64,000 nucleotides of DNA, taken from NCBI GenBank assembly GCA_028534125.1, contig CM052832.1, forward strand, positions 18,912,001 through 18,976,000, read 5' to 3'. The stretch is from Lama glama (taxonomy: Eukaryota). A model generated the notes under the pieces. It saw only the letters and a program-made list of their open reading frames with translations, did no database searches and was not told the origin of the DNA. How positions within the stretch are numbered: position 1 is the first letter of the stretch; the number at the start of each line of letters is the position of its first letter. Made by a program: the position numbers and the translations under genes. This document shows, in pieces, positions 51,181-64,000 of the stretch.

Positions 51181-54100
51181 AGACAGAAATTTGCAGTAAA
51201 AATTGCAGTAGTATCTAGTGCACAAAAGGCAGGACAAAACATAGTGCAAATAAGGCTCTTTCTGGTTACTTCTCCCCACCCCCAAGGTTCAAAAATAACC
51301 ACAATTCACATAAATTCTTAATGAGGTTCTCCTAAGCGTTCTTTGTTGCTTACTAAGAATTCTGTCCACTATTCATTACAAACATCTTCTTAAGCTCACA
51401 AAGCATGCCTGTGCTATTGTGATATGTAACACATGCAAACGTAATAAATATCAAGAAAATGTAATAAATATTAAGAAAAAGATCAACAAAATGTAATAAA
51501 TATCAGGAAACTATGTTCTTTCTGTACTCAACGATTTTATAACCTAAAACCCACCTTAAAGACTCAACTTAGCAAATTTTACTAGCATTGTATCACATTT
51601 TATAAATTATTGTTCAGTAGCTCTGTTGCATCATGGCATTCTTTGGTCACAGGGAAAAAACTTACAGTAATTGAAATATTTAAACTGGATTTGTCTTGTA
51701 TTTCCAAGAAAATATATATTTATACCAAAAGGATTTTTTTCTCTCTTATCCATAGAATCAGAGGTTTCATCTACTGATGCTTGACAGCCACTCCCCCAAG
51801 CATTCTAATTCAACTAACATAAACCTGAGTATTGGGATTCAGTTAAAATAATCTGCTACAATTTCTCAAATCCAACTGTTAAAAAGAGTCTTAAATAAAC
51901 TTCTCTTTGCAAAACTTCAAAGTCTCATTCAATGAATTAAACATTAGAACTGCATAGTGCAATCATTTTCCTTCTTCCTCTTTTTCAGTAATAGGTTCGA
52001 AAGCTTTTAGAGAACAAAACAAACATTGGTCCTGGATTCTAAAATTGTAAATTGCTTTAGGATGGGTAAAATCCTCAGAAGCTTTTCATTACATTTACTT
52101 GTTGAATGGATGACCCCTGGGAACAGGATGGGGTGAGCAGGTTTTGTTAATGTCCTGTTTTGCCTATCTGGTCTTAGAAATGATTGTTATCTATCAGAAA
52201 AGAATTTGGCTGATAGCTGGCTCAGGCTGAGATCTGTATCTCGACATCAATTCCCCTAGAGGCTGACACACTGCCTAAGGAGGGTCGTAAAATAAGTTTG
52301 AGAGCTTCTGCACAAAGTCAGGCTCTTGGAGAAAAGGCGTAGGTCGAGAGAGGGGCCAGCAGGTGGAATGAGCAACAAGAGTACACAGAGCACCTCCCCC
52401 ACCCACACCCCTAACTCTGAAGCAGGGGTGGTAGTTCTTTGCTACTAGTATTCCAACTGCCCCAGCAGCTAGTTATCCTGCAACTCCGTTATCATCTTTT
52501 TGACAGTGCCACTCCCACCTCTTGGTACCCTGTTTTCCAGCTGCTCCCTGGCTTCCTAGAATCTCACGGACCTGCTTCCTTCCAGCAAAACTACCCCAAA
52601 AGCTACATTCAGGCTTTAAGGACTTAAAACTGGCTCCTTGTAATCTGGCATTTTAATAGCAGACGCTCCTTCAAACCAAAGCCTTCACCTAAAGAAAGCA
52701 CTGTAGTGCAATTGCAGTATCACTGCTGGTAGAGGTGTCATGTCGTACCCAAAGTTTGGAAGACAAAGTGGTAGTATCTACTATTTAAAATGTAAAACAT
52801 ACTTACCCTTTAATATGCCACATCTACTGATTGTTATCTCCTATTCACAAAAAGGTATATACAGGGATGTTCATGACAGTCAGTATAATAGTGGAAAAAT
52901 GAAAATAATATAAATATTAATCATTACAAAAATTGTTAATACATTATGGCATAACCATAGAATACTATGCAGCAGTTAAAAATAATAAGCCCACATAGAA
53001 AGACTCCCAGAACAAATTACAGAACAAAATAGAGTATAATACCAGGAATGTTGAAAAAACAACAAAATAAAATTATGTACAGGAACAGAAAAGTTCTGAA
53101 AGCATACACAGTCCATAGAGAGGTGGGATTGAATGGCAGTCAGAAACACTAATTTCTCTACACTGTTTGAGTTTTTATAAAGGAAATGTATTTATGTATT
53201 ATAGATATGATGCAAAATTCTTTTTTGAAACTGCAGGCATGTGGCGTTGTCCAGAAAAGAGACCTCACATACAAGAACATATAAGATAACTTTGATGGGT
53301 ATCCGTTCTGTTTATACAATTGCTTATATTTAAAAGTCCTGCAGAGAAGAAATATGATTTCTAAGAAATAATGTATTTGGTTTCATAAATTATGGTTATA
53401 CCAGAACAAGTCAGATTCCTCAATAAAATCCCTATTATGAGCTGTGAGCTATGTACCACTTCCTTTTTTCCGTCTGAAGGACTATTAGAAATGGGACTGC
53501 ACTCCTGGTAGTACGCACTATACCCAATACATATTGCTAAGGTTCACCAAATACCGTATCTAATATGCAAGAAATTCCACATAAAACAACAAACTTTTCT
53601 TTGGCTGCTACTACTTGAAACTCCCAGGGCTTTGAAAAATGTTTCTAGTCCCTGAGTTATCGATTTCTCACCTGGTCTTTCTGAAAATACCAGCAGAATT
53701 AGCATTCATTTTTGTGCATTAAATCGTGGACAGGTTTCAAATCTGAAGCAAATGGTGAAGCTGCTATGGTTTGCCCCCAAATTTGCCTTGTCCCAGGAGG
53801 TCCAGGCTGTTAAACCAGGTGCCCACCCCCGCCTGCCATTCCCACAATCTCTGTGAAGAACAGAATCTTTCTGGAAAGAATCCTAAGCACCCTAAGAGTT
53901 GACCAAACCCTACCATTCTGAGCTGAGTTTCTCAGCACAGAAACCAGAAAGCCACAGTTGTTTCTCTTCTTGACTCTTCATGCAATAAAACCTCAGCCTT
54001 CTCCCCGTCTATGCAATGCTAAGATCCAACTGAACACATATCAGAGTCTTTTGAAATTGAAATGAGTATAGGATTTTACATGTTCTGTTATGACACGGTG

Positions 54101-55127
54101 CCAAAAGTGGGTGCTCTGAGCCACCAGCTGACCTGAAGTTCCTCGTTTGTTTTAAACTAAAAGGTAGCTTATCTAACCAGCAGGCAGTTTTTGGACAAGA
54201 AAGGGCATGGGGTCTGGAGATGGCAGAGTCTGGGGAGGTGGCTGAGGCAGATAAAGAAAGATCAAGGGATCAAGAGGTTCCCCCTCATCCCGCCAGGTCT
54301 CATGCCTTGTTTGGACCAGAAATAAAAGTTGCAATGTGAGTGCAGTTCAAAGTGGGAAACAGCCCGCTATTAGGAGAACTTAGAGAGATCCTGATCTTCA
54401 GAATAAATGAATGAATGACAGAAGTCAACCTTGGAGCACTGCTTGGAGGACAGACAATGCAGGACATCTATCACAGGAGGGCAGCAGACCCTAAAACGCA
54501 GCTCCTAACAGTGCTCCCAGGAGAAACAGCAAAACTGGAAGAAAAATGTTTGGAAAGTTCATATATGCGACAGTTCCATTTCCCACTATACTCTGGTATC
54601 CTGGCTTATACTTTTCTGTGAATTTGATTAGCCTGAGTTAGCAAGCTTCTCTCCCCAGACGTGAACAATTCCTTCAGGGAACCCTGAAGATCAGGTAAGA
54701 CAGGCTGACCTCCTTCCATCCCCTCTCAGGCATGAATCTCCAAACCGATCAGTTCACAGTAAAAGTGTTAGAGGCACTGATTAACCTATACGGTAACTGG
54801 GCAAAGCAACCAGTCAGCTGGAAGGAATGTTAATATTGCTTGTTAGGTTAAGTACACTAAGACTCCTTCAAGGAAACAGGAATCATTAGATTATGTTTAG
54901 TTGTTCCAACCATAAAAGCACTCTGCTGTATTAGGAAAACACAGAGAAATAGAAAGAAGTCAGGGCAGGGAAGGGGAGGGAAGAGCCATATTGTTTCTAT
55001 CATCCAAAGACAACCACCAGCAGAATTTTGGTGCCTTTAATTTTCTTCAACTCTTTCCTTTCCACGTAAAAAATAAAAATTTTGAGCACAATGCATCTAA
55101 ATTTTGTATTCTGCTTTTCCTATCAGA

Positions 55128-55277
55128 TTTTTTTCCCCTAGAGGAGAAGGTAATTAGGTTTATTTATTTATGTTAAATTATTTTATTATTTTTTAAATGG
55201 AGGTACTAGGGATTGAACCCAAGACCTCATGTCATGCTAAGCATGTGCTCTGCCACTGAGCTATACCCAACTCCCCC
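55128..55277 (-). mobile_element. tRNA-derived SINE (long-tail form)
   Basis: ggtaattaggtttatttattt...atggaggtactagggattgaaccc...ccactgagctataccc. Confidence 0.88.
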
Positions 55278-55630
55278 ACCCCTGACATTTTTTTAGAAAG
55301 ATGTTGAGGGGTTTATAAATTAGCTTTTTTCTTCAGTCATCTTTAAAAGAGTACTTAGATCTACCCACTATTCATGTGCTTCTTTGGATAATAAAGGAGA
55401 GGCCATCAAGTCTACATTATATACACTGTTTATTTCAGATTTTAAGATATGATCAAAGGCAAAGTGAACCCTTGCAAGGACGACACCAGGGCTTCTCCAT
55501 GGGAAATGAGAGAACATTAGCATTTGTACATGCCAGAGCTGCAGGACATCAAACATTATGAAATTAAAAAAAACAATAACACAAGAGCTGGCCATACTTG
55601 TCTTAACCCTTGAAAAGTAAAGTTTTTGTG

Positions 55631-56800
55631 AACAAACAACCCAATCAAAAAATGGGCAGAAGACCTAAATAGTCATTTCTCCAAAGAAGACAGATAGATG
55701 GCCAATAAGCACATGAAAAAATGTTCAACACTGCTAATTATTAGAGAAATGCAAATCAAAACTACAATGAGGTATCACTTCACACCAGTCAGAACAGCCA
55801 TCATTAAAAAGTCCACAAACACCACAAACAATAAATGCTGGAGAGGGTCTGGAGAAAGGGGAACCCTTCTACACTGTTGGTGGGAATGTAATTTGGTGCA
55901 GCCACTATGGAGAGCAATATGGAGATTTCGTCAAAAAACTGAAAATACCATATGATCCAGCAATCCCACTCCTGGGCATATATCCAGAGAAAACTCTAAT
56001 TCAAAAAGATGCATGCATCCCAAAGTTCACAGCAGCACTGTTTACAATGGCCAAGACATGGAAGCAAACTAAATGTCCATCAACAGATGACGATGGATAA
56101 AGAAGATGTGCCATATATATACACACACAAACACATACATATACACACATACACACAAACACAATGGAATACTACTCAGCTATAAAAAAAGAAACAATGC
56201 CATTTGCAGCAACATGGATGGACCTAGAGATTATCATACTAAATGAAGTAAGTCAGACAGAGAAAGACTAATATCATATGATGTCACTTACATGTGGAAT
56301 CTAAAATATGATACAAACGAACTTATTTACAAAACAGAAACAGATTCACAGACATAGAAAACAAACTTATGGTTACCAAAGGGGTGGAGGAGGGATAAAT
56401 TAGGAATTTGGAATTAGCAGATATAAACTACTACATATGAAATGAATAAACAACAAAGTCCTATTGTATAGCATAGGGAACCATATTTAATATCTTGTAA
56501 TAAACTGTAATAGAAAAGAATATGAAAAAGAATATATATGTATAAATGAATCACTATGTTGTACACCAGAAACTAACACAACATTGTAACTTAATTATAC
56601 TTCAATTTAAAATATATGTATAAAATAAATAAGCTACAAGGATATATTATACAACACAGGGAATACAGCCAATATTTTATAATGACTAAAAATGGACTAT
56701 AACCTTTTAAAATTGTGAATCACTATGTTGCACACCTGAAATTTATATAATATTGTACATCAACTATACCTCAATAAAAAGAATGCTTTTTTCAAAAAAA
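55631..56800 (+). mobile_element. 5'-truncated L1 (ORF2 C-terminus and 3' UTR) with a second L1 tail inside the TSDs
   Basis: ORF 55698-55955 reads [28 protein letters not shown]...[13 protein letters not shown], the L1 ORF2 cysteine-rich region. Imperfect TSD AAAAGTAA(A/G)GTTTTT(T)GTG at 55613 and 56800. Confidence 0.93.
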
Positions 56801-57010
56801 AAAGTAAGGTTTTTTGTGGTGTTTTCCTTTTTTTTTTTTAATGTAACCAAATTCTTTAATATAGAACACAAACTGGTGATTCTGGAAGATGCTCATTAAT
56901 GACAGAAAATAAATGACAGATCTCTATGATTTCTCAATGAAGTCAGTGAGAATATCTCAGTTCTCACCAAAGCACTTCTCTTGGGGGGTGAATGTCAATT
57001 TAGAAATCAG

Positions 57011-57180
57011 AGGGGAGGGCATAGCTCAGTGGTAGAGGGTGTGCTTAGCATGCATAATGTCATAGGTTCAATCCCCAGTACTTTCATTTAAAAAAAAACC
57101 CTGATTATCTGCCCCCAAATAAATAAATAAATAATAAAACTCATCTCAGTAAAGGATACCCCTCAAAAAAAAAAAAAAAA
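57011..57180 (+). mobile_element. tRNA-derived SINE (long-tail form)
   Basis: GGGGAGGGCATAGCTCAGTGGTAGAG...GGTTCAATCCCCAGTAC followed by an A-rich tail. Confidence 0.88.
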
Positions 57181-58929
57181 GAGAAAGCAATAGTTGCACA
57201 GCTATAAAGCTATGCCATCTCCATGTTAGACCATGTAAGACTGAGACCAGCAGGACAGTGGCAGGTTGCTGGGGTGACATGCTGGCAGAAGAAGACTCTT
57301 CTACAATCAACCCAAGTGTTTGCCGGGTGCCAGGGATGGAAGTAGACCAAGGAGCATGAGAGAACTTTCGGGGGGTGGTGTAAGTGCTCTAAAACTGTGC
57401 TGTCCTGGCTGTTGCATAACTGTATACATTTACTAAAACTCAAACTGTATACTTCAGATGAGCTAATTTTATGGCCTGTGAGTTTTACATCAATCAAGCC
57501 ATTTGAAACAGCATTACCAGTTTCCAGAAAAAGTCATCACTTCTTCCGCAAGAGGCAGGGCCAAGGAATCAGGGCTTGAAAAGGAAAAGCTCAATCAAGA
57601 AGAAACCAGCTGAGAGTTGAGTATTTTCATGATTTGATGCTTTTCCCCCACAACACCATGTAAGACGCTGCACACTGGCCCCACTGTGCTTTCTGAGTCA
57701 TTTCTTCAGGCCCGATTATCTGTTCCTCCGCTCTCCTCCCCTAACAATGCCATCCTGTTTCTGCTTCCCCACATCTCGGTCAAGGGCAGAAGTATAATTC
57801 AGTTGTCGGAAAGAGGCATGTGGGCTGGATGTAAATAGCCTGTTATGCTAAATGATTATTTAAGATGAATCCAAAAATAGGTGTCTGCTTATTATATGGT
57901 TGTAAGGTACCTATTACAGAACAGTTGACTAATCTTAAAAAGAGGGGGGGGATATATTTAAGTCATTGGCTTTTTTTTTTTTAGTGTACGCCTTAGAATA
58001 AATCAAGGCAAGGCTAATATTTGCTTCTCAGTTGTCAACACTGTTTGCTAACCAAATGATAAATACATGCACGAGACATTACATTGATTGACTAAGACAA
58101 GTGATGTGAAAGGATGAAAAAACTCAAGGAACAACACAGACTCACTCCTTAGTAAGAGATGGAAGAACCAAGCTCAGGGGTTCTTGCTGGCCTCTTGGGC
58201 ACATACTAAACTTGCTGAACCTCAAATTTGGTATCCAAAGGATAACAGTAGTCATTCTTCCTCTCCATTTTAATAGATAAGCATGTGTATGGTTCAACTG
58301 AGATCACAGCATCATTCAGTCTCACAATCGCAAGGCTTCTTGGATATCGTCTAACCTGACTTCCCACCAACCCTATAGATGGCAGGACTTCTCCTAAAAA
58401 CATACCAAAAATGAGGAAGTGCTTTATAAAAAGTAAGGTTCTTGAGAAACACAAAGATTGTGATAATGAAGACAGAGGTTCCACTAGCTTGGAAGAAAAA
58501 GAAACTCATTTTCAGAAACTCTGGAAATTGATATCGATGGTTTTCTTAAGACTCCATCCATCAACACATAATGATTAAGTTCATATTAATTGCTCAGCAC
58601 TGGCAGGATGCTACGTGTTGTCCACAATCCAAAAAGAACCAAAGAATGATCTCTGCTCCAAAGTTTTAATAATTTAACAGGAGAAGAAAATATGACTGTA
58701 CCTAAAGTGGATAGGAGACTATTTTTGATGTAAGAAATACGTAACAAATAACATAAAGTGAGATTTGGATGATAGTTATTTCTCAGTGCTGCCAGGAGAG
58801 CAGTTGAGTTGAGATGGTAAGAATTCGGACTCCCAAGTCAGACAAATCTGAGCTCCATTAAATACTGAGTGATAAAAACTAAAACCATAGGTACACTGGA
58901 AGCCCAGTTCAAAAGTCAATTACAATCTT

Positions 58930-59990
58930 TTTTTTTAAATAATTGGAAGCTTACAGAAAAGTTACAAGTACAAAAAGCTCTCATACATCTTTCATCCAGA
59001 TTCATCATTTGTTGACATCTGTCAAATTTCACTTTGTCATTCCCCCCTCGGTAGGCACACGCACACACAATTATTTCCTGACTCATTTGAGAGCAATTTG
59101 CATGTTTATATGCTCCTCCCTATTGAGCAATTTGCAGATATGATGTAATTAACTCTTAAATAGTTCAATGTGTGTATCCCAAAGACGTGGTCATTCACTT
59201 TACATAACCACAATACAACTACTAACATCAGGAAATTTAAATCAGTATAATACTATTATCTAATGTACATATGTTATTCAAATTTCACAAACTGTCCCAG
59301 TAATGTTCCATATACTGTCCCCAACCCCCCACCACCCCATTCCAGGAGCCAGTCCAGGATCACGAGCTGCCTCTCCTGTCATTTGCCTTCAGTCTCCTTT
59401 AATCTGGGATGGTTGCTTGTCCTTTCTTTGTCTTTCCTGACAAGGACATTTTCATAGAGTACAGTTACTTTATAGAATGTTCCTTAGTTTGGGCTTGTCT
59501 GATATTTTCTCACAATTAGATTCAGGCTATGCATTTTTGGCAGTGACATCACATAAGTAATGTTGTCTTTCTGATGGCATGGCATCAGAAGGCACAAAGA
59601 GTCACTTGGTCCCATGACTGATGATGTTAACTGTGATCACTTGGTTAAGGTACTGTTGGACAGTTTCTCCCCTGGAAAATTTCTGTTTTTGCCTTTGTAA
59701 CTGGTAAGTGGTTGGTAAGGAGGTACTTGGAGGCTCTGCAAATATCTTATTTCTTTAACCCAAAAGTTTTCACATCCATTGATGATTATTGCCCAAATCA
59801 ATGATTACTATGATGATGGAAAAATTACTATGATGAGTACTCTTTGAACTCAATCATTGTTTTGTTTTCTACTGTAAGAAAGAGTTTTCTTTAATCTTTT
59901 TACTTATTTCTTTTTGTCTATTTATTGTCAGGACTGCCAGGATGGACTCATGCATTCTTATTTGTTTTCTATGGGTTTAATCTATCACCA
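58930..59990 (-). mobile_element. L1MC-type 3' region relic
   Basis: tacataaccacaatacaact..acatcaggaaattt..; gatcacttggttaagg; tcaggctatgcatttttggcag. Confidence 0.7.
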
Positions 59991-62461
59991 TCATTTGACA
60001 AAAAAGCCAACTGTTTCTTTAAGCATCTTCTAAGCAGCTCAATCAGAGGGATCCTGCCTTGTGGACCTCAAAACTTGAAATTACTTGTGAGAATGAGCAT
60101 ATTCAGGGACTCAATGTATTATAATTATTTTCCTGATTATGTTTCATTTCTTTAACCAAGCCACAAACTTCTTGAATGTAGGTAACCGAGCATCTGTCTG
60201 GACCAACTTCTTTTTTGCTCAGTACTGAGTAGGATAGAAGATCATTGGCTTAGAGCCAGGCTGACCCAGGTTTCACCCAAGTCATGGATTCTCTCTGCTC
60301 TCCAATTTTTCTTGTCAATAAAATGAGAATTATAAGACCTAAGTCACCAAGGTCATTGCAAGGAGAAAATGAAATAACATATCTAAAAGGCTTAGTGTGG
60401 AGTAATGATCTTTTCTACTAATGAGAATGTATCCTTTGAAGATACATCTGACTTTTATCCAATCAAATGGAACGTGCCAATTAGAAAACCATACCTACTT
60501 TAAAGTTAAAGAGCTATATAGAAATTAAGTAATTTGACATTACTGCTCCCCTCTTTCTTTCCCTTTTTTCCGCCTCAAAGCAATGACAGCAGAGGACTGT
60601 GAAGCTATTTTAAGGGTCTGGCTGAACCATCTGAAGAGTAAAGAAGAAATGTTAATTGCAGGTCTACTCACTGGGACCATCAGTTCTAGAAATTTCTAGA
60701 TAATTGACACCGATTCAGCCTGAGGAAAATGAAAACTCTGTTTCTTCTTCTATCCTAGTGGATTAACTAAATGTGGGGAGAAGCAGCTGGCCTCACGATA
60801 ATTCAGGACATAAAAGTCGCTTAAGTGTCAAGAGGGGTTGAATGGATTTTGACTAATGTTGTCACAACTCATTTTAAAATGCAAAATCTAGAACACTGAG
60901 AGACCTTCATTTGGTGCAAACGGCACATCAGAACAGGACCAACTGCTTCCTGGTTTGAAGGAAAAAGCATTCTGCACTTAAATGACGGTTGAGGCTATTA
61001 GCAAGAATAAGTAAATTTACCTATTTTTTTTTAAACCCAGCAAAAACCATCAAGAGGGAAAATTTCTTGGAAACATGGTCCTCATAGACAGCTTGGCTGA
61101 TACTGCTGGGAAAAAAAATACACCCACAACAAACCCTCATTATTTGATCATCAGATTCAAAAACAATGCTCCGAGATAGAAGAAAATGGATGTTATTAAT
61201 TCCTTTAGGCTCTTCTTGCATGTAGCCTGTTTACCCCTTGAGCTTGGCAACTCATTTCGAGCTAATGGTGATTGTTGTTTCTTTACTTCAAAACAGAATC
61301 AAAATGATACTGACATCTATTGTCATTTGACTTAACTGAAATTATCATTTTTATAAGCTCCTTTTTTTATTGTTTTCACTAGGACTGAGCTACATCTTTG
61401 GACATCTTAAACATAAAAAACATCATTAGATTCTAGAAGAAATATACCCAGCAGTGTGTCAGGAAGCATAATTATGCACCGTGCACTGTCTCCTAGCCCA
61501 GCACTGGAATTTGTCCATGGGCATGAGTGTCAGGTAGAAAATGGAATTGAGCCTTATAACAAAAGCAACAGGGTATAGTTCATCTCAGAGAAAGAATAAG
61601 AAATTATCTTAATGCTTAGATTATGGCATAAATAATCAAACTACTAGACTTTTCTTATGGTCAATTAATTTATTTCTGACCATTTTAACAAGTCAATTGA
61701 ACTGATGGGGGATTGATTGATAATTATGTGACGGTAAATGTAACTGACTCAATTATGTGATGACATATATCATGGCCTTCATTTGCACTAGGAGGTGACC
61801 ATTAAGCCCTTGCTTAGGGAAAGCAATGGACTTAAAACTAAGGCAGTCCTTTCAAACTCAAGTTACATTCGTCATTTTATTCCCGTTGTTATGACAACAC
61901 TTTTAAAAAGCAGCACTTCAAATGCTTAGCATTCAAGGCATCTTATTATAGACTTGAATACAATACATGAGGGTATGAAATGCAGCTCAGAGGGGTTTTA
62001 AAGGGGCCAAGAGATGCAGAGGTAGAACACCTGGATGCGTTCTCAGCTTTGGCCCCTGGAGCTCCTTAACTTGGCTTCTTCTACTTAAAAAAAAAAAAAA
62101 ATTGGTGAGGGCTCCTCCAGAGAAGGGAAGATGAAAGAATTTATGTGGGAAGATATGCATTATTATTCACAGTCTCTATTCTGATTCTCTTGATTACAGC
62201 CTGCGTCATGCAGTTTTTAGAAGTCTGTAAATGGTGTGTTCTGATCGACTTCAGTTGCTTATTGTTAGCGACTGGAATGATTCATTTATGGAACTATAAT
62301 TCTACAGAAAGACTTATAACGCAGAATTATTATGAAAATAAATAACTGATAAGGGATTCGTGGTACTGCAGTGAATCTATCACATGAAACAATGACCTGT
62401 GTGTTTGAACTACAGTCTGATAATTTAAAAAAAAAGCATGGAAATGTTTGTTAAACCTTAT

Positions 62462-62647
62462 GTTTTAATAGTTGATTTACAATACTGTGTTAGTTTCAGA
62501 TGTACAGCAAAGTGATTCGTTTATATGTTTTTTTCAGATTAAATAATATAGGTTATTATAACCAATTTAGGTTATTATAAGATATTTAATATATTTTCCT
62601 GTGTAATACAGTAAATCCTTGTTGCTTATCTATTTTATGTATAGCAG
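62462..62647 (-). mobile_element. 5'-truncated L1 3' end fused to the U6 copy
   Basis: tagttgatttacaat...gttagtttcagatgtacagcaaagtgatt...atacagtaaatccttgttgcttatctattttatgtatag, homologous to the other L1 3' ends in the window. Confidence 0.85.
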
Positions 62648-62753
62648 AAAAATACCAATCACTTCATTAACTTGTGTCTTCCTTGCCCAGGAGACCATGA
62701 TAATTTTCTCAGTATCCTTCTAATTTTAGCATACATTCTGCTGAAGTGAGCTT
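62648..62753 (-). pseudogene. Diverged, essentially full-length U6 snRNA retropseudogene
   Basis: Plus strand aaaataccaatcacttcattaacttgtgtcttccttgcccaggagaccatgataattttctcagtatccttctaattttagcatacattctgctgaagtgagc aligns end to end with the reverse complement of U6, roughly three-quarters identical by eye. Confidence 0.9.
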
Positions 62754-63840
62754 TCATTTTTTTAAAGCATACATACAAATAAAAAGATGTTTTTACTAAG
62801 GAAATGAGCAAGTTGAATGTTCACACTTTGCAATCATTATGTATTAACAGGGATAAATTGATCTGTCCTGTTAATTCTCTCTGCCTGGAAGTAAATTTCT
62901 CTGATTTATCCCAGTCTCCCTAAATCGTTGATGTTTTGTATGAAGTAATGTGAATTGCTACTAAACAACACAGAGGTGATTAAAAAAGAAAACTGAGAAA
63001 ACGATGACATTTCAGAAGAACCCAGTGTCCAAAAGTTACTCTATGGAATATTCTAATATTCTATACAGAACAAGGCTGTGTAAAAGAGTATGCCATCACA
63101 TACCAGCAGTTTCAAAGTTGACTGGCTTCCCAGAGGCCCATACACATGTTCTCTGCATGGTAATTTTAGCAAATTAAACCGCTCTAATAGGGATGGTGGT
63201 TTCATTACTGGTCCTTGCTGCTGCATACCAAGAAGGTGGTCATATGAACAACATATGCTGAGTATATTTTTGGTTGCCAAAAACCAAATAATTTACAATC
63301 AGGATGCAAAGCAGTTAGGTACAGCAATGTGTAAATACCTAGATTATCAACAAAGCAGAATTATGTTCCTTTTTTCGTACACCAAGAGCATGTAATCATG
63401 TCTCACTATCCTTTGCCCTGTTTGAAGGATTTGAACTATAAAAACACGAGTGAAGCAAAAAAACCATTTAATCCTTAGCTTACAGAACAATTTAGTGCAA
63501 AGAAAGAACAAACGTTTACGGATCCATCAACATATGGCAAATTCCCAACAGCAAAGACAAAAGAATACATCACAGGCTTATTTGTACACATGCGAAATGC
63601 CACGTCACTTGGATTCTGAGTCCAAAGGCACTGTCAGGATACTTTGGCTCTCAGATGCCCACATAACTCCTAAAATCAGACAAAGCTCTCACTCAGGCCA
63701 GTAAATTAACTTCCACTCTTCGCTGTCTGTGACCCTCTGCTTGTTGATGTCCTTTGCTAATCTACCTAAAGGGGAGTCAGAGGCATTTTTATAGAGCAGG
63801 AAAATGAGGAAAGTGACATTTCCCAAGACCACTTGTCTCT

Positions 63841-63950
63841 GGGGAGGGTCATAGCTCAGTTGTAGAATGCATGTTTAGCATGCATAAGGTCCTGGGTTCA
63901 ATACCTAGTACCTCTATTAAAAAATAAAGAAAGAAACAAATAAACAAACA
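63841..63950 (+). mobile_element. tRNA-derived SINE
   Basis: GGGGAGGGTCATAGCTCAGTTGTAGAA...GGTCCTGGGTTCAATACCTAGTACCTC followed by an A-rich tail. Confidence 0.88.
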
Positions 63951-64000
63951 AAGACCTGGGGAAGTACTGTTAAAATACAAAACAAATTCCCAAGACTACC

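Noticed and set aside
51440..51510. Three repeats of GTAATAAATAT(C/T)A(A/G)GAAA with variable spacing
   Set aside because: A short AT-rich slippage repeat in a eukaryotic intron; not CRISPR-like.
62648..62753. Functional U6 gene
   Set aside because: It has many substitutions, including in the ACAGAGA box (reads ACTGAGA), is fused to L1, and has no evident upstream PSE/TATA.

Overview
Mammalian genomic DNA, most likely a camelid, judged from a recurring tRNA-derived SINE and cetartiodactyl-type L1 3' ends. It is about half transposon relics and is split by two exact 500-N scaffold gaps (6424-6923, 42161-42660). Two protein-coding genes are partly present. (1) On the + strand are the first three coding exons of CMAH (CMP-Neu5Ac hydroxylase): an 8-nt ATG segment with a GC-AG intron, a 204-nt exon, and the 92-nt exon that humans lost. 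The Rieske ligands are intact. (2) On the - strand are five consecutive exons of RIPOR2/FAM65B, including a 24-nt microexon. Both genes run head-on into the second gap and neither continues across it. The human orthologues are co-directional, so a flipped contig is the likeliest explanation, with a real inversion not excluded. Smaller items are a U6 snRNA/L1 chimeric retrocopy, an L1 with an apparent 3' transduction, a diverged local duplication, and an isolated GC-rich island with a candidate exon. I found no support for a new biological system. Almost all ORF-track entries are spurious. All identifications are by eye and from memory of consensus sequences, and repeat boundaries are approximate.
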